DNA of 64,000 bases, from the NCBI GenBank assembly GCA_000002435.2, contig CM018793.1. One strand, given 5' to 3'. Each line of letters begins with the position of its first letter. Positions within the stretch are counted from its first letter, which is position 1. The notes below the pieces were generated by a model. It was not told where the DNA came from and made no database searches. It saw nothing but the letters and a program-made list of their open reading frames with translations. A program made the position numbers and the translations under genes. Positions 20,901 through 30,100 of this stretch are shown piece after piece. The DNA is from Giardia intestinalis (taxonomy: Eukaryota).

Positions 20901-22033
20901 TAATTAATAGCGAGCTCTCTTGCAACTCGGAGCTGTGGGGCTCAGTGTGGCAACGTTGTGTCTCCCCTATCCTTGTGTTCCAGTACACTAGAAACGAGTA
21001 CGATATCTTGCTCTTTGTGGCCCATACAATTTACTTGATGCTTTCACCGAATGCTCCATTGAACGCTCCATCAAATGAGTATAGCAGTACAGAGGTCGAA
21101 CTAACGCATCAGACCCTCCAGTCGGCATGCACTTCCTTCCTTTCTCCACTAGCCACAGATTGTTCTAGCATATCGTCATCCAAGCAGCATACCATTGTCT
21201 CAGCGTTCTTTGCATTGGTACTGCAATTAATGTTGCAAGGGCAACCCGGGGCCGAGGCAATCGCGCTCCTTTTTTCAGGCGTTATTGAGCCCATGCTCTT
21301 GGTGTCAAACATGTACCAGGTGAAGAGCTCCTTTAGCGCTAAGGAATATATTTATGATCCGCTTTTTGATTTACTAGTAGATAGGGTTGACACCACAACA
21401 TTTCTAAGTTCCACAAAAGAGCAGTCAGTGGCTCCACGCATCACAAGTGCAGCCACACTTCTCAGGTACACACTTGATACTTTGATTTCTGCTCAATTTG
21501 ATCTGCTTAACAATGATGCATTTGCTTTCTTCTGTTCTGTTCTAGAAGGACCTGTCTTAGAGCTCTTGAAGAACATATCTGAAACATACAGTTCTCATAA
21601 TAATTTACGAACCGAAGATTGTGAGGCAATTGCATCTGGGGCAGATTTAGTATTTGCGTTAGCAAGCTTACTGGCACCTGGTACAGAGAGCGAATGTTCC
21701 GCACCTGATCATTTCCTCAATAGATTGAAGCAATCGGATCACGATATTGGTAGAGTTCTTCGATTTACAGAACAAGGACTGGTTCAATGCATATCATTGC
21801 TCACCGTTCTCTCCCGCAAGCTTTCTCCAACGGACGAAACTATTTGCGCTGAATATCACCGCATATCTAACGAGCTCTTTTCAATACTAACCACCCTGCT
21901 AACCGCGGACCCATCTATAAAGACCATTTGCAAGGCTACTTTCAAGAAGCTTATAACGCTGGCAGTTCACAACGATTTAGAGATAAGAATGGCTCTAGTT
22001 TCATACTTGGACGCTTACGACGAAAAATTCTGA
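14930..22033 (+). CDS. Sec7-domain ARF guanine-nucleotide exchange factor (BIG/GBF-like), 2367 aa
   Basis: [21 protein letters not shown]...[32 protein letters not shown] matches the Sec7 catalytic motifs (F.[24 protein letters not shown]). Contains a poly-Q tract. ATG follows ggactttttttaaataaa. Confidence 0.9.
   Translation: [2367 protein letters not shown]
17696..17725 (+). repeat. CAA/CAG trinucleotide tract encoding [10 protein letters not shown] in the Sec7 ARF-GEF
   Basis: caacggcaacaacagcagcagcagcaacaa, in frame. Confidence 0.9.
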
Positions 22034-22045
22034 GCAGGCGTGACA

Positions 22046-22052
22046 ATTCACT
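22046..22052 (-). promoter_or_regulatory. putative polyadenylation signal AGTGAAT about 28 nt after the ENTH gene stop
   Basis: Minus strand ...TAA AGGTTTACTGGGATTCTCTGTTAGTTGTAGTGAATTG; the same heptamer as downstream of tubulin. Confidence 0.35.
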
Positions 22053-22071
22053 ACAACTAACAGAGAATCCC

Positions 22072-22078
22072 AGTAAAC
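22072..22078 (+). promoter_or_regulatory. putative polyadenylation signal AGTAAAC about 39 nt after the Sec7 gene stop
   Basis: Plus strand tga gcaggcgtgacaattcactacaactaacagagaatccc AGTAAAC c. It lies inside the 46-nt gap shared with the convergent ENTH gene. Confidence 0.35.
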
Positions 22079-22079
22079 C

Positions 22080-23297
22080 TTAAAAGAAGGACATGAGGTC
22101 GGCTATGTTGTTCGTCTGGGCTGGAGCTTGTGGTTGCATTTGGGGTTGGATTTGCTGAGTGGGCTGATGAACCGGTTGAGCGGGCATCGTTGAAGGGAAG
22201 GGTGCAGAACCCGGGGGCTGGTAGGACTGTGTCTGCATAGGCATCACTGCTTGTGGCTGCTGTTGTTGTTGTTGTTGTTGCTGCATCATGGCAAGCATCT
22301 GCTGCTGCTGAGCTATCATCTGCTGTTGATAAGCCTGGAGCTGCTCCGGGCTCATGGCCATCATCTGCTGTGGAGTGAGCATCTGAAGCTGCTGGATTGG
22401 AGCTGCTGGCTGAGCAGCAGGAGCCATCTGCTGGGTGGCAGGAGGCTGCTGCATACGCTGCATAGGGTTCGCGGGCATCGGAATCGCGCCCGCAGGCCTC
22501 GGCATGCCCATCGGCCTTTGCATGCCCATACCCATGCCCATGTTGGCGCCTGAACCCATTCCTGCTGTCATGGACGCCTGAGACATAGACTGCTGACTAG
22601 TATATGCAGAGATGGTGGCATTAGGGTCCTGAAGTCCCATAGTATGCATCGCCGGTTGCGATGTCATGGACATTGAGGCGTCAGCTGGTCTGGCCATGAA
22701 GCTTTCAGATTGTCCCTTTCCACGCATGGCAACGCTCTCTGACGAGGTGTAGATGGGAACCTTCTGCTTGACTGAAAAGTTGGCACCTATCCCGGAAGCA
22801 TTGTTCTGGACAACATCGGCATACCTTTGACGTGTATCTGCTGCATTACGACGCTTATCGTCGATATCGTCGGACATGGCCAACTCACGCACAGTTTCCG
22901 CGCGCTTCCTCACATTAATTCCACGATCAACGCCCTCCTCATCCTTGTACCGAAAGTCCTCGAGCGTCTGGATGACATTCAAGTGTGACTGAATGTCGCG
23001 GACGGTGTCAGGGCTGGCGTTGATGAGCAGGTGCTCAATGAGCAAAAGAGTCTTGTAGATCTGCTTCCAGCTCTTTGAGTTGGTGCTTGAAAGAAGTGAC
23101 CAGATAGTCTTCATCACGTTCGTTCGCGCAGAATGGTGCTCGCAATACCTCACGATGTCGTCCATATCTTCCGGGCTGGGTCCCCATGAAACCTTCGGGC
23201 TGGTGATTTGATTTACACGGTACTCCTCCTCTGACTGGCGCTTGAAGGTCCGATCAACCTTCCCAAAGAAGTTCTGCATGTTCTCCTTCGCAGGCAT
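22080..23297 (-). CDS. ENTH-domain epsin-like protein with Q/M/P-rich C-terminal tail
   Basis: The N-terminal 150 aa align to epsin ENTH: [21 protein letters not shown]...[48 protein letters not shown]. The C-terminus is PQ/M-rich with a Q11 run. Confidence 0.9.
   Translation of the reverse strand: [405 protein letters not shown]
22255..22287 (-). repeat. CAR trinucleotide tract encoding Q11 in the ENTH protein tail
   Basis: Plus-strand ctgctgttgttgttgttgttgttgctgc is CAG/CAA on the coding strand; a second shorter ctgctgctgctg follows at about 22301. Confidence 0.9.
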
Positions 23298-23378
23298 TTT
23301 TTTTCAACCATATTTGTTTGCAATTATCGAAGGCAGGTATAATCATTCGCATGAGTGGTAGTCAGCGAAGGATATAAA

Positions 23379-24233
23379 ATGACATCTCGCGCCCCGCACT
23401 ATCATATAGTGAAACGTGACAGCGACCTTCGTGCTACTGCAAGGCGGCTTCTCTCGTCTGAAGCCGACAGTATAGGGCATTGCCCAGAGGGATATTCACT
23501 CTCTGAACTGGAGAAGTTATTGCAACAGATTACATTCCTCACCGAGGAACTTAACGCTAGCAGATTGAGCGCTGCAAGGGCGCAGGAGAGGCTTTCTCGG
23601 GCCGAAGAGCTTATATGGAGCTTTCTCCATGCCACTGATAGCGCGAGTCAAGAGAAAGCACCGGTGAACACATGCGATGTCAACACAAGTATGAGTGAGG
23701 TTACGGAGATACAGGAGAGCAGTGCGCAACACTGCCAACAGCTGCAGATGCAGTTTGAAGAATTGCAAATGCAGCATCATAACCTTCAAGCTGAGCACAA
23801 GGACTTATTGAAAAGACTAGAGCAACAACAGTCACACACTAAAGCAGAGGTTAATCAGGAAGAGAATCGCGCTACAATCATAAAATTAAATCAATCGTAC
23901 GGAGCAGCAGTAATAAAAAATAATACATTGGAACGACAACTGAAGGAGGCACGACACATGTTGATAGAGTCAGAGAGGCGCGCATCGAAGCAGCTGCAGG
24001 AGCTCAAAGATACCATGGAGACCCAGCTGGCGGCAAAAGAGCTAGAAATTCAACGCCTAGTCACTGCGGCCAATGAAGCTAAATGCGTTACCGATGGACA
24101 AAAACGAGTCCACTTCTTATCACCAATTCCCACTCAATCCGACGATAGCATATGTTTAAAACCTTTGCGAAAGGCCGGCATGTCCGTCAAACAGGTGACA
24201 GCGCACTTTCTGGATAGCGAGCTGATCCTTTAG
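23379..24233 (+). CDS. coiled-coil hypothetical protein
   Basis: ORF-track start 23355 is GTG; first ATG is at 23379, preceded by gaaggatataaa. Heptad-rich (QLQMQFEELQMQHHNLQAEHKDLLKRLE). The stop lies 5 nt from the convergent NHL gene stop. Confidence 0.6.
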   Translation: MTSRAPHYHIVKRDSDLRATARRLLSSEADSIGHCPEGYSLSELEKLLQQITFLTEELNASRLSAARAQERLSRAEELIWSFLHATDSASQEKAPVNTCDVNTSMSEVTEIQESSAQHCQQLQMQFEELQMQHHNLQAEHKDLLKRLEQQQSHTKAEVNQEENRATIIKLNQSYGAAVIKNNTLERQLKEARHMLIESERRASKQLQELKDTMETQLAAKELEIQRLVTAANEAKCVTDGQKRVHFLSPIPTQSDDSICLKPLRKAGMSVKQVTAHFLDSELIL

Positions 24234-24238
24234 TCCTC

Positions 24239-27148
24239 TCAGTCTTGTGGCTCCAGTATCTTATCTCGCAGGGGTTGCCCAGTACATGCTGACCCTGCGC
24301 TTGTGCACCCTACTCCCAGAATAATGTTCTTCTCCAGTCTCCTCACATCCCGTGGCAATTCAGATGCTTCCTGGGCTCCGGCAACCTTGCTGGTGAAGCT
24401 TCTAAATGCGGCTGGAGAGCGAGCCATCATATATGGTATTCTAAACTCCGTGTAGTCGCAAAGCTTTATCTTGTCAGCAGAGATTCTCATTGTATGATGT
24501 CCAGTCATCTGGTGACCGACAATACTAAAATATATGATTATCTCATAACAGAGACTATCTCCAGGAGCTATCCCGTAGCGCTTGCTAAACAGTGCCTGGG
24601 AAATAGGGACTACAAATACCGATTTCTCTCCGCCACAGGCCCCCGTTCCAATTGGTATCCGAACCGAGCACTCTCCAACATTGTGGTGTGGAGAGTAATC
24701 AAACAAACCACAAGTGGCACTCGAAAATGTCTTTGTCTCGATGCAAAGACTCATCATTTCAGTTAGCTTGTCCTGTGGCTTGTGAATAGCATCAAATGCG
24801 GTGAATATTGTGGAGTCAGAGTCAAACGATTCTACCGCATCAGGACAGTCATCCCCATCGGATATGGCCACGGTCCCGGAAACATTAAGCAACGATTCAG
24901 CAGCAAGATTGTTTTTCACGGTCTTTAGTCTACTACCCTTTGATCCTACACTAGCAGGTGCTGTGATCCCTTTGTCCTTCTTTTCTGTGGGCCAATCATC
25001 AAGATAATCGGCACTCTTGTGGGTCTCGAGCCCTTCTGTATTAACTCCAGAATGCTCCGAAGAGTAGCAATGAAAAAGCAACTGCGCAGTGTTAAAGCAT
25101 CGCAGGAACAAGCTATCGACCAGAAAGCTTATATCCAGCTCTATAACGAACGACTCTGTTTTCGGCTCCACGACAAAGACCCGGGTACCCCGTCTCCCGG
25201 CGACTACAAGATATTCTGCCCTGAGGCTATCCTCTGAAAGCAAATTACAGGAGAACACTGGGACATTGGTAGCCATAGAGAGGCCCCTTAGCAGTCCCTT
25301 TTTAGTGTGCTCCAAGATGGATTGTTCTGTACCGTCCTTAGGGATCCTGGGAATAAAGATCAATGGATTGAAAGTCATCAGATACCTGGCAACTCTTGCA
25401 CTATAAATAGAGTACGTTTTAGCGGACATATCGAAGACGCGTGAGCTTATAACGGTGCACACTTCAATTATAGCCTTTATACTATACTCAGCTCCGTACA
25501 AAGAGACGCGTATGGCCGACTCCTGGGCTGGCCGTGAGCTGGAATTGGGCAGGGTGGGTACAGAGCGGGTAGAACTGGCAAGGTTTGACGCTGCTCTCGC
25601 TGGAGTCGGTTTGTCAGCTGGTTTGTGTGGCGGCTTCTCAGTCAAAGATGGGGTGCTTGCAGTCAAGAAATATCCTAGCAGCAAGTCATAGAGCTCCAGA
25701 TTGAAGACAGCTATTGGGTAGGGGTCATCTAAAAAGTCTTTAACATAGCTTGGAGTCTGTGCTCCGTCCTTGGCAGAGGGATCCTCTCCAAGATTGTACT
25801 TGTCTGTTGTGTATTGCAGGGTGCTGGGCTCTGTTAAAGTGATCAGCATATCCGAAGGATCAATGGTGGATCCGTCTGCTATCTTACTTGGTTTGTTGGC
25901 AGGTCCTGGGGTCATGGTTTTAGAATGTAACCCGGCATTGCTATGGTTGCTGTGCATACCGTTCGCAAAGCTTTGCGTCGTGTGTGGAGACTCACTTGCT
26001 GTTGCTGCTTCTTCGTTTGCTTTGTCTCGTATAGCTCGTGCATTAGTTGTGAGACCCCAACGGGTCTTCGGCGTTGTGGGGCCAATAAACCGCAGACAGT
26101 TAGACTCCATGTCAGCAACAAGGACGCCTGCTCTACATTCGGAAAGGCCCGCTGGCGCCCTAAAAGTAGATGCCCGTAGAGGACCGTCGAGGTTCCCCAA
26201 ACCAGGTGCCAAGTCATTGAGACAATGGACCATCTCGAAATGAGAGTCTAATGCATATATTCTACCAGAGCCGGCATCAGTAACAAGCAGAACATCGTCC
26301 ACGAATAAGAGGCCATATGGAAGCTCAAATCTAAAGGAAGCATAGTTACCAACGCCCGTGCGGCGCCTGGACAAATATTGCCGATTTGCTATTGAATTCC
26401 TGTATGAATAAGTACACATTGTTCTGATAATAGCACTGCTGGGTCTGCCCACTAGGGTGATAGTTTCTCCGTTCTCTCTAGAAACATACCTCAGGGCCCC
26501 ATTCTTAGAATCGCACACAATAACGTTGCCGTCCTCTGTTAAGACAAGGCCCAGGGGCTCGTTGAATAGGGGATTCAGTCCATCCTTATACCCAAACACA
26601 CCCGGTGTTCCGGCTAGAGTCTTTACCTTTCTAGTCATAAGGCTGAGGGTCCGTATGCAGTGGTTCTTCGCGTCAGTAAGATAGATAATGCCGTTCACTG
26701 GATCACTAACTATTGAATGGGGGAAGTTAAATGCTGCCTGTGAAAATCCTCCATCCAGGTGTGCAGCCTCACCCGTTCCAGCAAAATGTTCACAGTGGCC
26801 TGTCTCACCGTTGATAAACACCAAGCGATTATGGCCTGCATCTGCTAAAAGAACCCCGTTGACTCCGTTAATTACAATCCTGCACAATCCTCGAGGAGCC
26901 ATGATCGCTAGCTGAAATCCAGGGGCTCCAGATATATCAAGAGTAGAGACGGATCCGGAATCTAGATCCACGAGACGTAGGCAGTTGTTCAGCGAGTCTG
27001 AAACCATGACCACTTCATTGGCGAGCTGCTCCAATGCACACGGCCCGTTAAACGATGCCGCCAAAAGAGTACCGTCAGAAACGCCCTTGCAGCACGACCC
27101 CGCTACAGTTGCTGTAACATAGTAGGAAAATCGTGAACTGTGTTGCAT
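24239..27148 (-). CDS. NHL-repeat (six-bladed beta-propeller) protein, 969 aa
   Basis: The N-terminal third shows repeated NHL-type blades (LADAGHNRLVFIN; IIYLTDAKNHCIRTL; VIVCDSKNGALRYV; LLVTDAGSGRIYAL). ATG lies only 12 nt downstream of the preceding gene's stop. Confidence 0.8.
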   Translation of the reverse strand: MQHSSRFSYYVTATVAGSCCKGVSDGTLLAASFNGPCALEQLANEVVMVSDSLNNCLRLVDLDSGSVSTLDISGAPGFQLAIMAPRGLCRIVINGVNGVLLADAGHNRLVFINGETGHCEHFAGTGEAAHLDGGFSQAAFNFPHSIVSDPVNGIIYLTDAKNHCIRTLSLMTRKVKTLAGTPGVFGYKDGLNPLFNEPLGLVLTEDGNVIVCDSKNGALRYVSRENGETITLVGRPSSAIIRTMCTYSYRNSIANRQYLSRRRTGVGNYASFRFELPYGLLFVDDVLLVTDAGSGRIYALDSHFEMVHCLNDLAPGLGNLDGPLRASTFRAPAGLSECRAGVLVADMESNCLRFIGPTTPKTRWGLTTNARAIRDKANEEAATASESPHTTQSFANGMHSNHSNAGLHSKTMTPGPANKPSKIADGSTIDPSDMLITLTEPSTLQYTTDKYNLGEDPSAKDGAQTPSYVKDFLDDPYPIAVFNLELYDLLLGYFLTASTPSLTEKPPHKPADKPTPARAASNLASSTRSVPTLPNSSSRPAQESAIRVSLYGAEYSIKAIIEVCTVISSRVFDMSAKTYSIYSARVARYLMTFNPLIFIPRIPKDGTEQSILEHTKKGLLRGLSMATNVPVFSCNLLSEDSLRAEYLVVAGRRGTRVFVVEPKTESFVIELDISFLVDSLFLRCFNTAQLLFHCYSSEHSGVNTEGLETHKSADYLDDWPTEKKDKGITAPASVGSKGSRLKTVKNNLAAESLLNVSGTVAISDGDDCPDAVESFDSDSTIFTAFDAIHKPQDKLTEMMSLCIETKTFSSATCGLFDYSPHHNVGECSVRIPIGTGACGGEKSVFVVPISQALFSKRYGIAPGDSLCYEIIIYFSIVGHQMTGHHTMRISADKIKLCDYTEFRIPYMMARSPAAFRSFTSKVAGAQEASELPRDVRRLEKNIILGVGCTSAGSACTGQPLRDKILEPQD

Positions 27149-27160
27149 GAGTTTTTTGCC

Positions 27161-30100
27161 TCAATAATCTACAAAGTCGGCAAAGTCTCGCACGGAATAA
27201 TTAACAACTTTGATAACAAGCTCAGGGACCTTGTTGCATGCGTCGACCCAGGTAAGGGCTCTATCAATAAATCTGTCAAAGAGAACTCCCCAAACATCTC
27301 TTCTGGCCACTGTATCTATCTCTACTGGCTTGTTCATTGGTGCTATGTACTCCTCTTCGACTTGCGAGACCATGGAATCGTCTACATCCGATGTAGCCTC
27401 TTCCTCACCTTCTTTGACCCCTTCTTGGAACTTGGACGAGCCAGCCAAGCCCTCCACGGCAGCATCAAGGAGGTTCTTGCCCTCTTGCGGAACCAGCTCT
27501 GACTTTGTAGGGAGCTTTTGATCTTTTTGAGGCGCATTAGACTTTGTTGGACTCGTCTTGGATTTCATATCCTTTTCCGGTTTTGGTGGCAAAATGCCCA
27601 GATTTCCTGCAAGGAGCAGTGCATTTTCCTCTGTGATATCAACAACGTACGCACACTTGGTGGCTGACGGTTGAACAATGGCATCTGCAAAGATAGTTCC
27701 AAAAGGGCCACTCGGAGTCAATAGAGATAGATATACGGGGAGACGCATTGCCTTGCTGGCCCCACTAGACACACCTGCTGTGTCAATGTGTGTAGAGAGG
27801 TAGGAGTATAGAGACTCGAAGGAACTCAGAGTCCTAACACCTATGTTCTCTATGAAAGATATGAGTGAGACGTCTATGGTCGAACAGCCAGGGGTGTCCT
27901 TGGCTTGAATGGCAGCAAGGGCCTGCGCCTTCATGGATTCTGCATCTGTCAAGGAGCTCGGCTTAATGCAAAAGAGAGCACAGAGCTTTTCGAGCGTTTC
28001 CACTGGCACCTGGAAAGATTTGGACAATTGCGGAGGCTCCTGATAGAACTGCGCATCATTACGCCATTCACCATCCTCGCCGGAGTCACCATTATCAATG
28101 CCCTCTTTGCTTCCCACTGCAGCGACTTCAGGTGCAACCATCTCCTTATCGAAAGGCGTGTCTTCACGGTGCGCTAGTGTATCATTAGTATTGGGAACCT
28201 CAACACAATCACTGGGCGGTCTTTTTGGAAACGCGGACATTGGCCCAGATAGCTCGTCTTCCACCTCATCGCTCAGGTATGTATAGGATGTAACTCTGTG
28301 CACGTCCTGGTTGCTAGATGGACTTTCAAGTCTGTCTGGAAGCGCATATCTCGCTTCTATTGCCTTGACATCAGATTCGGTGTAACCGCATGCACTTATA
28401 ATGCCCCAAACAGCATCATCAAACTTTCTGTCATATTCTTGAGTGTCGTACTCTAAGGGTGCTTGGCTTCTATACACGCGTTTAGCAATCTGAACCAACT
28501 CTAGCATAGTAAGGATGAGGCCCTCTACAAGGTACTCAAGAGACGTCTTCTGGTAGCTCGAGCTGTACGTAAACCCAATGTATTTGCGGATTGTAAAGCA
28601 ATCAGCATCGTTTTTGAGTTCAGGCTTTTGAAATGTTGGATAGAGTGTGACGTCAGGCTTAGCAGGTACGGGGAGCTCAGACGGATGAATTGCAGCATCA
28701 GGGTCTATACCGGCCTCTTCCGCAGTCAGCTCACCGTTAGCAATGCCCACCAGCTTCTGGTAGGTCAGCTCATATTCGTCTAGCTCATCATCATACAGGC
28801 GTAGACGATCACAGTGCTCTGCTATTAGATCATCTGTATAATGAGTGAATAGTGCGTCTATGAATGTATCAAACTCCCTCTGGAAGCTTGCCAGCTTTAG
28901 CTCATAAATGAGTGAGCCTATGTCAAGTGGTTCATTAAACTCTGGATCATAGTCTACTCTTTTCTTAGTGAAGCGATCAACGCTGGTGACGTCTTCGCCC
29001 AGCCCTTTATAGAACGCCTTTGCAAGCTGATATTCCTTGATCTGCTGTGAAGTTAGGCTTTCTAGATACAAGTCTTCTGTCTGTTCTGTTAGTCCCAAAT
29101 ACGGTCTCGGTCCATCCTCCATAATAGAGACACTGAGTGTGAGGTTGCCCCGATTACGCGACCGCTTGGCAATTCCCGGTTTTGCTATAGTACTGGAAAA
29201 GTTAGAGTGATTCAGATGGTGACCAGGGCTGTTTGTAGCCATGAGTTTTCCTTCCAGGTCTTCGTCGAGCTCCTCATCGATTTTATCGACATTTCTGATC
29301 AACTTTTCAGTAGTAAAAGGAGTGCAGTCTTCAATCCCGTAAGCATACAGAGACAGGTTCATATAATTTGTCATTTCGGAAAATATATTAGTGAGATGAG
29401 GCACATCTGGTAATGCCGGACATGAGCTTTCCATGATGAGCCGCCCTAAGTGGAGTAGTAGATTTGGGTCAAGGAATACAACCTCAGAATTGAAGTTCTG
29501 AGCAAGATAAATAGACATGCTGGTTTTGAATGAGTCTACTAACTGAATTAAGCTCAGCGTGGTTGCATCAGATCCCTTAGACTTGGAGGAAGAAGAGGAG
29601 CCCGTGCCTCCCAGTGCAGGCGGTTGCTGAAGTGGAAGAGATAGCCCAATACTCTTTGCAAATAAGCATGAACATATCTCTACAACATACTTGCAAAGTT
29701 GCGCGCGCGCACGATTGACTACCGCGCACTGCTTGTTGAAGACTGTCTTGGCATGTCTAAACCCAACCACACTGATGTAGTGCACCATATTGTCGATGGT
29801 CTCTGTCTTTGGAAAAGAAGATAGCTGAATGGCCGCAAAGACAGCATCAAGGAGTGCATAATTAAGCTGCATAGGACGGAAGGGTTGAAACGTTGTAATG
29901 GCAAGGCACTCGAAAGCGTCTGAGAGTGCCGCTGTCTGTGTCTCGCTAAGCGTTGCTGGTGTAGTAGCTGATGTCAAACCAGTTAAAAAGCATGCATTAG
30001 CTTCAAAGAACGATCGGGAAAACAGGCGTGAAGCAAGGGTGTTGGGGTCTGCATCTGCAAAGAAGATGCCTAAAAATGTCTTGGGCAGGGGAATGGCAGT

